Below, piece by piece: positions 39,514 through 54,121 of a stretch of 64,000 nucleotides of DNA. Position numbers and translations under genes: made by a program. Source of the stretch: Octopus sinensis (lineage: Eukaryota). The notes beneath the pieces are model-generated. The model searched no databases. It had not been told where the DNA came from and was given only the letters and a program-made list of their open reading frames with translations. How positions within the stretch are numbered: the first letter of the stretch is position 1; each line of letters opens with the position of its first letter. The stretch lies in contig NC_043011.1 in NCBI RefSeq assembly GCF_006345805.1, positions 26,300,464 to 26,364,463 of the forward strand, given 5' to 3'.

Positions 39514-40382
39514 TACGAAAGTATATTTATATGTTAATAAAAATAACAGTATAATGAATAACATATGGGAGATGTACCCTAAGTCCTCATTAGCGCAGTA
39601 TGGGATTGGAACTTGCTGTATCCTCGGACTTATTAATAGTCGCTCTGTTGCCGAATACTTGATGTATATTTCTCCACATCTAATACTTTCATTCCACGCA
39701 AAACTATGTATGCTTCAGAGATTAAAAAAAAATAACGCTTGGTCTACTGATTCTTATTAATGTTTTATGATGTACAAGTGTGCTAATAATTTATTTACGG
39801 CTGTCAGACTAACACCAATATATGTAAATATATATATATATTAGTTTCTCCACGTGTAAACTAACTCATTCACCTTTTCCATGCTACAATGAACTAGACT
39901 ACCTTTTCTCGCCATCACAGCAACGGAGTTCACAGAATCGTATATCGAATTAATACACCCGATACTTCAAACATATTCTATACGCTGGAGTGGTACCATT
40001 TTCTACCGTCAAAACAGATGAAGGGTTTTCCCAATGAAAAAGATGTAGACAGACCGAGAGTGGTTTGTTTTAAGATTTTCCACAGCAAGATGTTTTAAAC
40101 ATAAATATACTACCCTGTAGCAATTTGTTTTGGTTTTCATGCTGTCTATATTATCGTAACTTTTATTAATTTCAGCCATTGAACTATAACCACGTTCACA
40201 CACACACATTCAAGGATGTGTGTGTGCATGCGCGCGCGCTTATGTCTGTGTGTGTGTATCATTATTCAGTTTTATTTCAAGATTTCTTGCCAATAGAGAA
40301 AGAACTGCTTTCTAACCAAGATCCAAGGCTCCTTCACTGGAATTTCGACACCAACAACGTGGTATTTTTTTATGTATGTATG

Positions 40383-40416
<34 letters not shown>

Positions 40417-41351
40417 TGTATGTATGTATGTATGTATGTATTATGTATGTATGTATACTTGCAAAATTGTATGTTTTGTTTTATGTATGTCTTCTCATGC
40501 GTATGCTTGCATATCTAGACATGCTCATATATACTTTAATGATAAACTTGTAAGTATGTATGTATGTATGTATGTATGTATGTATGTGTATGTATGTATG
40601 CATGTATGTATGTATGTATGTTTGCATTTACGTTTGAATTATACATATGTATGAATGAATGTGTGCTTTTGTGCGTATGTGCGTGTGTGCATCAGGTATT
40701 TCTGTACGCATGATGAGACATTCTAACGTGACGAGCCAAGACATTTTAGTGAGAGTACTCTGCAATCAATTAGAAATGTTGCTGGAGCTATGACCAATGT
40801 CTAGGTGAAATAAATAAAAGGAAGAAACGAATATCAAGTACACACGTATACGCAAACATGTATAGATTTCTCTTATGGGTACATCTAGTCAAGTGTGCCT
40901 CTTCGACTTTGTTTCCTCATAGCTTTCAGAAAAATGGATATTTTCAAACAAAATTTTCTACAAAAATCTTTCAGATGATGTAAATTTCGATTATATCGGA
41001 ATTAAATGTGAAAGGAAAAGGAAAATTGGTAGACACATATTTACTAACACAATTCACTCAACTTTTTCAACACTTCAAGTTTCAGTTCATATATATATAT
41101 ATATATAAAATATTACATTATATAATTAGGACTCAGTAAAATAATTTACATTACCACATACTGAAACTTTTAGAAATAGCAGCCAAAAAGTTGTTTTAGC
41201 CATTTCTTCTACTATAAGAAAAGTCTCCCAGATAGTGTTTACTCAAAAATAATTCACGTAGATATGGAGGGAAAAACAACAAAATATCACATGTACAAAG
41301 ATCATTTGGTGAAATTAATTAATAATTAATTGATTTTACCCTTTTATTATT

Positions 41352-41406
<55 letters not shown>

Positions 41407-41425
41407 TATATATATTTATGTATGT

Positions 41426-41458
<33 letters not shown>

Positions 41459-41471
41459 ATATATATATATA

Positions 41472-41640
41472 TAGTCTATCCAATGATATAGTGTCTTCAC
41501 GACTATAAAAGTTTATAGTGAAAATTTTATCCGTGCTTGAACGAAAATGGAAAGGACCCGCATACGGTGCTGTTAACGGAGGTTTAACAACATCGTTGTG
41601 CACAAAAATGTGAGTCCAAGAAGTAAAGCTTCTTTCAAGG
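41472..41640 (-). mobile_element. Gypsy-type LTR retrotransposon integrase C-terminal remnant
   Basis: D.VKPPLTAPYAGPF....TDKIFTI.....DTISLDRL matches the GPY/F module. Confidence 0.7.
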
Positions 41641-41995
41641 CAGAGCTAGGAATGCAATTGTCAAGTAGGTAAGAGGTTTTAAACAGGAGCGATATATTCA
41701 AAATTGGCGAAACTAAAAATTGTTGAGGATAAATCAAATTTATTATTGTTACTGAATATATTAGTGTTATTTAATTCCTGAACCGTTTTGCTGGCGTTTG
41801 TTTATGCAGTTTGATTTCTTTATCCAGCAGTTTCTACTAAGATAGAGACGCGAGTAAAATTAATAATAGAGAAACGAAAGTAGGACTTTGGAAACTGATG
41901 TGGAAACTATGAGCGTGCTTTCAAGGAAAATAATCAGAGACAGATTTGAAAGTCAACGTAAGATCGTAATACTTCATGTAAAGTAAATATAACGA

Positions 41996-42186
41996 ATAAT
42001 CCAGAGTCCTTGTCCGGTACTGGATCGATCACAAAATCTAATCAGTTCGTGCCAGTCACGAGGCCAAACATCCCTGAAAGTTTCATCCGAATCCATCCAG
42101 CAGTTCTTGAGATATCTTCTCCACGAACAAACAAACAAACACGACTGAAAACAATACGTCCGCCTTCGCTAAGGTGGAGGTAATAA
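41996..42186 (+). mobile_element. Helentron-associated (HINE/DINE-1-like) element end
   Basis: (CAAA)n, aaaacaata and a terminal hairpin tccgcctt-cgct-aaggtgga followed by ggtaataa. Confidence 0.55.
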
Positions 42187-42330
42187 TGAGATCGCCATGT
42201 CGCATACATATGGTTGTAATGCATGTGCCTGGGTAATCATGATGGGTATACTGGACTTTGTATATTTTACCCCAGTGTCACTTTGATGGCATGCACTGTT
42301 CTCTAAATAATAATAATAATAATAATAATA

Positions 42331-42372
<42 letters not shown>

Positions 42373-42844
42373 TGATGATGATGATGACGATGACGATGAT
42401 GATGATGATGATATTTACTCCAGTGTCACTTTGATGGCATGCACTGCTCTCTCACTCAATAATAATAATAATGATAATAATAATAATAACAACAACAATC
42501 TTTCGTATTTTCCTTTTTCCTTTTCCCCTTTTTCTCCTTTTTTCTTTCTTTTTTCCCCTTTTTTCTTTCACATAACGTGACTTTGTAAATGACCAATCTA
42601 GTGTATTTATTTTAATGGCCTACCAATGTTTCTTTGCCCTAGGTGTCAGGAAGAAACTCGGCAAGAAATGGAAACAAAATTGAAAGAAAAAAAATAATAA
42701 CAACGTAATATAAATAAAATGTCAAATGTTTTGGTGCGTAATTTTGGCCCAACTTCTCTATATATAAATAAATCGATTATAATTATAGTCAACAGGATAG
42801 AAAAGTCAAGATGGCTATTGAATGTAATAGAAATGTTTACTTAC

Positions 42845-42975
42845 TTTATCCAGGTGAATCCTTCTAAATAGGTTTCGAGAAAGGAATGTAAGAATTTATA
42901 ATCCAATTTAGCTTGAGATGACAGATTGCTCACATTGATCGTTTTAATACTATTTAGGATGTCGTTACACTCCAT
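42845..42975 (-). CDS. DUF885 gene exon: MECNDILNSIKTINVSNLSSQAKLDYKFLHSFLETYLEGFTWI(N)
   Basis: Acceptor ttccttcttttcgcAG, donor GTAAGT. 131 bp, phase 0-2, open frame. Confidence 0.9.
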
Positions 42976-43076
42976 CTGCGAAAAGAAGGAAAAAAAATAA
43001 TAAAGAAATGGTTAAACTAAAATATACAGACTAATTTTATAGATATAGATTGCTCTCACATATACATAGTCTTAGA

Positions 43077-44410
43077 CACAGGCATGACTGTGTGGTAAAA
43101 AAAAGTTTGCTTCCCAGCCACGTGGTTCCGCGTTCAGTCCCACTACGCGACACATTGGGCAAGAGACTGCTACTATAGCCTTAGGCCGACCAAAGCCTTG
43201 TGAATGGATTTTTGGTAAAGGGAAACTGAAAGAAGCCTGTGGTATACGTATTTACATCTATGTATGTCTTTGTGTCTGTGTTTGTCCCCGTCCAAACCAC
43301 GTGTTGTTGTGTTTACGTCCTCATAACTTAGCGGTTCGGCAAAAGAAGCCGATAGAATAAGTATTAGGTTTAAAAATTAAGGACGTGGATTGATTCATTT
43401 GACTAAAATTCTTCAAGGCAGTGCCCCAGCATGGCCGCGGTCTAATGATTGAAAAGAAGACATACTCAGTATCTAGTTTATCTTTCAGTTATTTAGTCAC
43501 TGGACTACGGTCATACTGGAGCACCATTTTGAAAGGTTTAGCCTAACAAATGGACACCTGCTTTTATTTTAAGTCGGGAACTTATTCTCTCGTCTCTTTT
43601 GCCAGGCCCCCGTGTTTCGAAGACGTAAATAAATCAACAGCGGTTAGAATAGCGAAGTCGACCTCGGCAGAATTTGAACTCAGAACACGAAGACAGACGA
43701 AATGCCGCTAACCATTTCACCCAGCGTGCTATCAGTTCTGCCAGCTTGCTGCCTTACCTAATCTGCTAATATCAATAGCTTATGTCAAGGCGGCGAGCTG
43801 ACAGAAACGTTAGCACGCCGGGCGAAATGCGTAGCCGTATTTTGTCTGCCGTTACGTTCTGAGTTCAAATTCCGCCGAGGTCGACTTTGCCTTTCATCCT
43901 TTCGGGGTCGATAAATTAAGTATCAGTTACGCACTGGGGTCGATGTAATCGATTTAATCCGTTTGTCTGCCCTTGTTTGTGCCTCTTGTGGGTAGTAAAG
44001 AAATAGTTATTTTGTTCGTCTTTTCGTTCTGAGTTCAAATTCCGCCGAGGTCGGTTTTGCCTTTGATCCTTTCGGGGTCGATAAAATAAGTAACAGTCGA
44101 GCACTGGGGTTGATGTAATCGACTTACCCCTCCCCAGAACTTGCTGACCTTGTGCCAAAGCTTGAAACCAACATTAATTTATTTCTTTATTGCCCACAGG
44201 GGGCTAAACATAGAGGGGACAAACAAGGACAGATAAAGGGATTAAGTCGAATACATCGACCCCAGTGCGTAACTAGTACTTATGTAATCGACTCCAAAAG
44301 GATGAAAGGCCAAGTCGCCCTCGGCAAAATTTGAACTCAGAACGTAACGGCCGACAAAATACCGCATTTCGCCCGGCGTGCTAACGATTCTGCCAGCTCG
44401 CCGCCCTAAA
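43077..44410. mobile_element. Dense cluster of SINE A and SINE B copies in both orientations
   Basis: SINE A (+) at 43077-43460, a SINE A tail (-), and SINE B copies at ~43655-43756 (-), 43787-44007 (+), 44010-44175 (+) and 44180-44408 (-). Confidence 0.8.
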
Positions 44411-45166
44411 ACCAACATTAATTACTTATATCAAATATTTAGGCAGAAAATGCCATTTTCGAGTTATCCATTTTGCATAATTAAATGTAAGGAATATATC
44501 CAATTAATACAACTCCTCTACACTTCTTATCTGTTTAATTAAAGAATCTATTGTTCAAATACATATTCATTAATTCCTTAACATTTTTACCACTTTCTTG
44601 AATTTTAACATATCTTGAAATCTATTTATGCATGTATACACTAATTCATTATGCATGTCTAGCTCTTTCTCAAACTAGTGTATAATACTACTTGAAAATA
44701 ATTAGCTAATGATGTATTTAATTGGCTTGTTAAGCTTGTTTTCTTTATACAACATAAAATACGTCACGAATATAAAAGACTCTAATTACAAAAATATAAT
44801 TTACTCCATATCTTCTTTGTATCTAAACATTTATTCTCATTCCAGCTCTCTATATATGTATGTATAAGTGTGTATGTGTATGTATATGTGTGTGTGTGTG
44901 AGTGTGTATGCGCGTGTATGTGTGTTTGTGTGTGTGCACTTATACATAATAAACAAAACACGAGAGATCGTTTATAAAATATCTAATTACACGATCTTAT
45001 GAGCGCTTCATCAACAAAACATGCTTATTTGTCGCATGAGGTAATCTGTCGCACAATTTAACTTTGAGATATTCAATTAGCTATCTGCACTCATACATGC
45101 ATAAGCATATGTACTTGTGCGCACCGGCGTGTGTAATTTTCTTGTTATATTTTCAGGTATATTTTC

Positions 45167-45390
45167 AGGCGGCGAGCTGGCAGAATCGTTAGCACGCCGG
45201 GCGAAATGCGTAGCCGTATTTCGTCTTCCGTTACGTTCTGAGTTCAGATTCCGCCGAGGTCGACTTTGCCTTTCATCCTTTCGGAGTCGATAAATTAAGT
45301 ACCAGTTACGCACTGGGGCCGATATAATCCATTTGTCTGTCCTTGTTTGTCCACTCTGTGTGCAACCCCTTGTGGTTAGTAAAGAAATAT
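45167..45390 (+). mobile_element. SINE family B, full length
   Basis: Runs from the aggcggcgagctggcagaatcgttagc head to the gtaaagaaat tail. Confidence 0.85.
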
Positions 45391-47163
45391 ATATTTTCAG
45401 GTAACGTCGGACCGATCAGAGTCGTTCTGATTCTTGACCATCTCATTTTCTTTTTTCCTGTCAGAATCATTATATGAACTACATTATACTTTGTGTTTTT
45501 GTTTTTCTTTTCGTTTTCTTTTAGAAAAAGGAAGGATGTAATTTATAGAAAATTTGGCTGTTGTTTCCAGTAGATCGTCTATGTCTGTGTATATAGCATT
45601 TTAATTTTTTTACTAGCGGCAGTCTTCTGACTGCAGCACTGAAATAATACTACGGCATGGGCTTCTGTTGCTTTTACCTGAAGCATGAATACTTAGTAGT
45701 CCCAAATACCAACTCACCCCTAGAAATCAAACCCAGATCACTGTATCCGAAGCAAATAAGAAAACAAAATCTAAACAACACGAACATGATTCGCTTAATC
45801 ATTGATTATGTCAGAAATAATTAATAACACGGATGTCATTAACAATTCCACCTTTTTGGCACCGTTATCTCTTTGGAAGAAATAGCTATTACAGCAAACT
45901 ACCAGTTTTTCTTACATAGCGGATATTTTCTGGTTGGTTTGTTTACTGTTAGTGTAACGCTACTTTATTGTTTCCTATTTGGAAATAGATAAATATATTT
46001 AGCTTTTGTTGTAGGGATATATAATGATAAAACCGTCACTCATAACTTACTTATAAGTGTTATCATTATATGTAAATCCTGACTCCAGCTACATAAACGC
46101 CATAGCGAGAAATATATTTTCTGGAACGCTAATGAAAATTAAGTGTGCATGTATGCTGAATATGAATAATTTCGTGTTCTTTTAACCGCTATAAAAATAC
46201 AGTTTCATAATTACAGAAATACATTTCATTAATAAGTTGAAGAACGTGAAGAAAGAGAAAATAATTTCTACATTTTATTATGTACATATTTTATTATGTA
46301 CATATAGCATTTTTAATATTTATAATACAATTTGAAGTAAAGTAATTTTGTCGTAGAGAATTATGACCTAATATTTTAGCTAACTAATTCCTCATTCTAA
46401 CTATTATAGATCTCATCAATTCAAACAAGTCTTGTTGGATTTTTCATAGACATGGCATAAAAAAATAACCAATGTCTCAAAGGAGTGAGTGTCGTGGAGT
46501 TTAGTTACCACCCACAAACACTAGAGTTTTTCCCAAAATCCAGGGTTTTTATAACTGCTCAACTTTAAAGAATCGAAATCACATAAAAATATTCTTTAAC
46601 TAATTTTTAGAATTCCTATATGAGCAGTTATATCAACCAGTGGGAAAACGACAATCATATTGACAGTCATACATCATATTGCCAGCTACAACAAATTGGC
46701 GCTATTATTTGAAAATGGCTACACGCTACACTATAAATAGAGCGAGTAGAGTTGCGCGCTTGAAACCGATCAGCTGAGGGTTGCTGTGCATGCTTTAAAC
46801 TAGTCAGCCACAAACAGGATCTGTAGGGCAACCAAGACCACTAGATGACGACGACGACGCAGCTTAAACCAACGGCTTATGTCATTCTCGAAACAACGTC
46901 ATAGATAATCTTCGAACTATTTAACTTGATGTGAATATTTTCTCTGATGTTGGTGATAACAATAGATAGTTTGTTTGGTGACAGCTCAAAACAGAAATAT
47001 CTTATCGTTACAAACCAACGATGTCAATCCCAGTTATTATTTAAGTCGTGTACTCATTTTATTGAAACTTATCGCATGGCTATGTTATCATTTATTGGCT
47101 GCAAATCGACTCAGGGCTTTCACTGTCCCACACACAAACACACACATACATACATGTACATGT

Positions 47164-47214
<51 letters not shown>

Positions 47215-47707
47215 GTGTGTGTGTGTGTGTGTGCGCGCGTGCATATCTATGTTCCTGTGTCTGCGTGTATATGTATGCATATAAATATATATGTATACAC
47301 GTCAGTTTTCTGCACGGTATTTACCTACAAAATTCTACGATTCTTTTCTCAGTTCTGCTGGTTGGGGTCTCCCAGAACGTTCGTCAATATCGACATTTTT
47401 TCGGCCATGTTGGAAACGTCTGAACCACTCGTACACTCCTCTTCATATACGTTCTGCTACTTTGCGTAAGCCTCTGAGCAGGTATCGCCATGACTGCTTG
47501 CTTTGTTATGGTCAATGCGACGATAATACGCTACATGCGTTCCTTCCAAGCACTGCTGCAAACAGAAGTGAGCTAGAACGTTAAAACTTAGTGCGCATGC
47601 ACAGCAGAGATCAAGGTCAATCTGTGCCACTCGACTTCACTCTCCGTGCTTTCTTTTCGTTACTATGGCATATTCCGCTTACTTATTGATCAGACTTTGT
47701 ATATGTA

Positions 47708-47771
<64 letters not shown>

Positions 47772-47855
47772 ATATTTACATATAATATATATATATATAT
47801 TACATATAAATATATATATATATTACATATAAATATATATATACATATATATACG

Positions 47856-47931
<76 letters not shown>

Positions 47932-47953
47932 TGTGTGTGTGTGTGTGTGTGTG

Positions 47954-47989
<36 letters not shown>

Positions 47990-48889
47990 CTATATATATA
48001 ATGTGTGTGTGTAAGAAAGAGAGAGAGAGAGAGTCTCGTGTACATGCTTGCTCAATCTCCGCTTATTATAAAAGGTTTATGAAATGACTTCGTTAGTCAA
48101 AATCTTCTGAAGTGTGAAATACGTCTATAATTGTATAGTGGCTTCTTGAAATTACAAATTGCAACAATTCTTATGCTTGAGGAGTTACGATAATCAGTTC
48201 TATCATCAATCAGAATCAAGCCACATATGTTGAAGGATGATAATTCTGCAGAAGCTTTTGATAAATTTATCATCCAGTTTGAAGGAAATCTTAGACTCAT
48301 AAACCAGATGAGAACAATAAGATGAATTTAACGGAAAAGTTAAGTTTAGGAGATATAGAGATATAAGAGCTTGTGATTAGTATGAAATAGAGTGGCTTCA
48401 AATTACAAAAGAGAAGGCGAGAGATAGCTTTGTGTGCTGTTGAACAGAAAAATATTCCATTGCATTTAAATTTACTAGCAGTAGAATCACATTCAGTGAA
48501 TGAATAAAATTATGAGCATTGAATGAATGTGAAAGCAGACATGGATGTGTGGTTAAGAAGTTCGCTTCGCAACTATGAAATAGCGGGTCCGATACTACCG
48601 CGTGGCACCTTGGGCATGTTTTATATCATAATTTCTGGTCTATATAAGTTTTAGCGAGTGAATTTGGGTCGGTGGAAACTGTAAAGGAAATATTAGATAG
48701 TTTGTTCTCGTGTTTCAGAGGTGCAGCCTTATCACACTGATTCTACCTGAGACTACGTAAAGGATGCACGTGTTTGTGAAATACTCAGCCACTTCGGACG
48801 CTTTTTCACTGAACAACTTGTTCGTTTGATCGAACGAATGAACGCTCGTACGTCTAAATCGAAGTCAGAATCCAATATCCTTCATTTTT

Positions 48890-49326
48890 AATTTTGGTAC
48901 AAGGCCAATAATTTTGGGAGGGGGAGGAGAGTCGATTACATCGACCCTAGTGCTCAACTGGTACTTAATTTATCGACCCCGAAAGGATAAAAGGCAAAGT
49001 CGACCTCAGCGGAATTTGAACTCAGACTGTAAAGACGGACGAAATGCCACTAAGCATTTTGCCCGGCGTGCTAACGGTTCTGCCAGCTCACCGCTTTAAT
49101 TCATTGTACGATATTCTTTTCTACTCTAGGCACAAGGCCCGAAATTTAGTGGGGGGCAGTCGATTAGAGCTTCCTCAGTACGCAACTGGTACTTAATTTA
49201 TCGACCCCGAAAGGATAAAAGGCAAAGTCGACCTCGGCGGAATTTGAACTCAGACTGTAAAGACGGACGAAATGCCACTAAGCTTTTTGCCCGGCGTTCT
49301 AACGGTTCTGCCAGCTCACCGCCTTA
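48890..49326 (-). mobile_element. Two tandem SINE family B copies
   Basis: Near-identical ~220-bp units, each followed by tcattgtac. Confidence 0.8.
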
Positions 49327-49399
49327 AGTCATTGTACAATATTAACAACTTTTTTATGACTTTGTCAGCTCTCTTAGATAAATAACATAAATACCGTAA

Positions 49400-50120
49400 A
49401 TTTCCTGTATCATTTGCAGAAAAGGCTATTGGAAATTACTTTTTTGCTACAGATAAAAATGAAAGCGATCGAAAGTTAGTTTTTCAAAGCTTTGTCTTGT
49501 CTTAATGTTGCAGGATGCAATTTCTAGGTTCATATTGAACGAATCCACTGGTAGTGTTATAGGCATCGTTACTACGATAGGCCACAATCCTTATGCTGGT
49601 GTGGAGAAATTAAGTTCAGTTTGAGCAACACTTGTACTTTAGGTGTCGATCAAAATCCTCCCTTACAAAACCGAAATAACATTCTGCTGTTGATAACCAT
49701 GCTTTAATTGTAAGATGACAGGACATCTTACGAAAACATATCAAAAAGCAATAAAAACAATTGTATCATATCGGTAGCCATCACAGCAAAAATTTGGGTG
49801 GAGGCAATGTAAATAGGAACTTAGCAAAGACATCATGAAAAGGCACGAGATTAAATTATACACCAACTAATTTCAAAAGGCATAATTTGTTGTTGGAAGC
49901 AAGCATGCTCGGCATGACGGTGCTAACATTGAATTGATAATTGCAACCTAGTAACAGAAGTTTTAGTTGTCTTCCTGCCTTTAACTATATCTGCTGAATA
50001 TGTTGATCTGAAACTTAGAAGGATATTTTGTAAAGCTTTTAGACGTCGAATATTTAGTGAGTGAAATTTAAGGATTTCCTTTGTAGCAACACCCATAAGT
50101 TGCTCTTCAGACTCACTGTT
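49400..50120 (+). mobile_element. Highly degraded retroelement remnant with a gag/ORF1-type zinc knuckle
   Basis: CFNCKMTGHLTKTY at 49700-49741 fits CX2CX4HX4C with the last Cys changed to Tyr. Boundaries are uncertain. Confidence 0.4.
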
Positions 50121-50307
50121 TTGAAGGCCGAGTAGGAGTGGCTGTGTGGTAAGTAGCTTGCTTACGAACCACATGGCTCTGGGTTCAGTCCAACTGCGTG
50201 GCACTTTGGTCAAGCGTCTTCTACTATAGCCTCGGGCCGACCAAAGCCTTGTGAGTGGATTTGGTAGATGGAAACTGAAAGAAACGCGTCGTATATATAT
50301 ATATATA

Positions 50308-50486
50308 TGATAGATCGTTAGCCACTACACACATTTTTTTCTCTCCTTGTTTTTTCTGTGTACCTTTCTGTAGAAGAGCGTAAGCTCGAAACATAAAAGA
50401 CTTTTTCTATTCCTGAGCGTTATACTAATACATCTGTTTGTTTTGTACACCACCTGTCTTCGTCTTTTGTTTTTTTCGTAAATTTT

Positions 50487-50490
<4 letters not shown>
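50308..50490 (+). mobile_element. Penelope-like terminal-repeat element inserted in the internal microsatellite of a SINE A (50126-50836); second copy at 61345-61545 (-)
   Basis: Two homologous copies flanked by (TA)n, each containing ctgtagaaga.cgta.gctcgaaac. Confidence 0.5.
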
Positions 50491-50562
<72 letters not shown>

Positions 50563-50567
50563 ATATG

Positions 50568-50601
<34 letters not shown>

Positions 50602-51192
50602 TGTATATATGTATGTGTGTGTATATATATGTTTGTGTGTTTGACCCCCAACATCGCTTGACAACCGATGCTGATGTGTTTACGTCCCCGTAGCTTAGCG
50701 GTTCGGCAAAAGAGACCGATAGAATAAGTACTAGGCTTACAAAGAAAATGTCCTGGGGTCGATTTGCTCGACTAAAGGCGATGCTCCAGCATGGCAACAG
50801 TCAAATGACTGAAACACGTAAAAGAGTAAAAGAGTAAGTTCAAATTAATAAACGCGGTTTCCCTAGTGATGGTAGCTATTGCAAGGGAGATAATCATTTC
50901 TTCATAATTTTTAGGCGGGATTTAAACATTTGAATTTGAAATTAAGGAATTACGTGGAAAAAGATGCATAAAGTTTACGCGTTTAATTTTTAATTTTGTT
51001 TACCTATTACAAAGTTTTTACCATTACTACTTGATGGAAATTGATAAAAAGTTGATCTAAACCTGCACAAGCGAATGAAATGGGAAATTCATCTGAGTGT
51101 ATCTGTTTATTGTAAGCGTGTGGTCAACTCCTAAACGTCTTTTGTCATCACGTTGTATGCATATGAGTGTGTGTGTGTGTTTCTCTGTGTGT

Positions 51193-51228
<36 letters not shown>

Positions 51229-51924
51229 ATATATGCATACTTACATACACACGTACCTACATACATCCATGCATAATACATGTATATCCGTATGTGGGTG
51301 TGTTTATGCGTGTGTGTATGTGAGACGCATTTCGACAGATTTAATTATTTCAATGAGTCCTAACTCCGCTTCTTTTCAATCTCATTCAATCTATGTGAAT
51401 AGAAGCAAATTGGTTGCGTATTTGGCATTACGACAAAGCGTATTGATGATGCAGACGCATCTGTTTGAAAAGTAAGTAGTGAACCGGTAGCAGAACAAAT
51501 AGCGAAGCCTTTGTAAAGTCGTCTTTCAGTCTCTTAATTACATAAATACATTCGACCGATAACGGAAAATGTCGATATTATTTAGCTGCAATCAAGGGTT
51601 CTTCAATTTAGCAATTGCACCATTTTTCATGTAGTGCACTCTTACCTAGTCTATCACATATTACATTAAGAGAAGATAAGGCGGTGAGTTGATGGAATCG
51701 TTAGCACGCTAGAAAGGATGCTTAGCGGAGTTCAAATCCCACCGAGGTTTGAATTCGCCTTTTATCCTTTCAGGATATCGATTAAATAAGTACCAGTCGA
51801 GCACTGGGGTCAATGTAATCAAGTCCCTTCTCCAAAAGATTTCAGACCTTGATATTTTGATTATGTGTATATAGCACCAAGAAGTAATTTTTTCTGGTTG
51901 AGCACTCTGATTTATTATTTTTAT

Positions 51925-52616
51925 TTTTTATCTTTTACTTGTTTCGGTCATTTGACTGCGGCCACGCTGGAACACCGCATTGGCGGATTTTTTAAAGGAA
52001 TAAATCAACCGAGGACTTTTAAAAAAAAAAAAAAAACCCTAGCTCTTATTCTATCGGTCTCTGTTGCCGAACTACTAATTTACTGGGACGTAAACATACC
52101 AACACCGGTTGTCAAGTGGTGGTGAGGGAGCAAATACAGACACAAAAACACACACATACACATATATATATATATAAATAGATAGAGATAGAGAGAAAGA
52201 GATGTGACAGGCTTCTTTCAGTTTCCGTCTATCAAATCCCCTCACTAGACTTTGGTCGGCCCAAGACTGTAGTAGAAGACACTTGCGTAAGGTGCTACGC
52301 AGAAGAACTGAACCCGAAACTTTGTGGTTGGGAAGTAAGCTTCTTACCACACAGCCACATAATGTGTTTATTGATTAAATAATTATTATCTGGTATAATT
52401 AAAGACGCTAACGTGACAGTTACTGGACATTATGTAAAGTATAAGCATAGTGTAGGCGCAGGCGTGGCTGTGTGGTAAGAAGCTTGCTTCCCAACCACAT
52501 GGTTATGGGTTCAGTCCCACTGCATGGGACCTTGGGCAAGTGATTTTTACTATAGGATCGTGCCGACCAAAGCCTTGTGAGTGGATTTGGTAGACAAAGA
52601 CTGAAGGAAGACCGTC

Positions 52617-52652
<36 letters not shown>

Positions 52653-52934
52653 CTCCCCCTCCATCGCATGACAACCGTTGCTGGTGCGTTTATGTCCCCG
52701 TAACTTAGCGGTTCTACAAAAGAGACTGATAGCCTTGAGAGTGGATTTGGCAGACGGAAGCCGAAAGAAGCTCGTCGTATATGTATATATATATGCGTGT
52801 GCGTGTGTCTGTGTTGTTCCCCCCCACCCCGCCACCACAGCTTGACAACCGATGTTGGTATGTTTACGTCTCCACAACTTAGCAGTTCGGCAAAAGCGAC
52901 CGATAGAATTAGTATGTCAAAGAATGTCCTGGGG

Positions 52935-52935
<1 letters not shown>
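51925..52935. mobile_element. Head-to-head SINE A pair (51925-52358 minus; 52453-52935 plus, with an internal duplication)
   Basis: Matches the family consensus. Confidence 0.8.
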
Positions 52936-52993
<58 letters not shown>

Positions 52994-53400
52994 GTCTGTC
53001 TTTCTTTCTTTCTATCTATCTATCTATCTATCTATCTATCAATCATTGCATATCAATGGCAATACCATGCAACATTGGAAGCAGAAACAGCTGTTAGATG
53101 GGATGCAGTCTATTTGCATTGAATTAATAAATAATAATTGATGTAAGTCAAGTGTTGTTCATCAGTACTTCTCCATTTTCTGTTTTCTTTAAATTTTGAT
53201 TCTTGATAAACCCATGTTTATCCTTGTCTTTACCTATTACTTATGAACATAATATGCTTGAATATGTATGCCCATGGTTAAATATAGGTAATATACCGGT
53301 AATGTAATGGATACTTCTATCCCTTAGACGGCTATTTTAACCTCTAACTCAACTAACCTATATACATATATATATATAAACATATATATAAACGATTTAC

Positions 53401-53552
53401 CTTTCGACGTTGAAAAGCCTCTAGTGAAAAGGACTCCAGTTTGTCGTTATAATCATGGAAGGAATAATATGTTGCAAATTCCGGGTTTTCCTTTAAAATG
53501 TGGCGAAAGATTCTTTCTTCTGCATTCCGTAACTTCTCTTCGTCTCCATTCT
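53401..53552 (-). CDS. DUF885 gene exon: NGDEEKLRNAEERIFRHILKENPEFATYYSFHDYNDKLESFSLEAFQRRK
   Basis: Acceptor ttttcttcttcAG, donor AAG|GTAAAT. 152 bp, phase 1-0. Carries the DUF885 N-terminal P.FAT....H.Y.D.L motif. Confidence 0.92.
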
Positions 53553-54071
53553 CTGAAGAAGAAAAAAAAAGACAACAATATAACATTATCATTCATATAA
53601 AATTTACATCTTGCTGACAGTTTGACTCTGTGTGTGTGTGTGGTGTGTGTAGGGTGTGTGTGTGTGTGTGAGTGTGTATGTGTAGATTTTTTGTTTTTAT
53701 TATAATAGTGGTTATGGCTGAGCGAATAAGTAACGGTAATAGCGAAATGTAAATATAATCGACTGCTCAGCGATATTCGACACCAAACACTACAGACTTT
53801 GTATTCGAAATGGAAATATCAAGTATTGGCTATAAGAATAGTTGAAATGCATATTTTATTCATGGTAATAATTATACTTGAATTATACTTGAATGGAACA
53901 GAAAATTTTATGAGTATTAATACGGTTTTCAACGAACTCTAGTTACAAATAACATACGACTTCAGACAAGAATCAAATAGTGTGAAAACACATTAAACTC
54001 AAAATAAGAAGAAAAAAAAAACGTTAACATGCAAAATACAGAAGACATAAGCTTATAGATACAATAACAAA

Positions 54072-54121
<50 letters not shown>

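Noticed and set aside
48097-48300. 67-aa ORF MSLRFPSNWMINL...
   Set aside because: No recognisable motif or compatible splice sites; exons 53401 and 42975 already join in frame.
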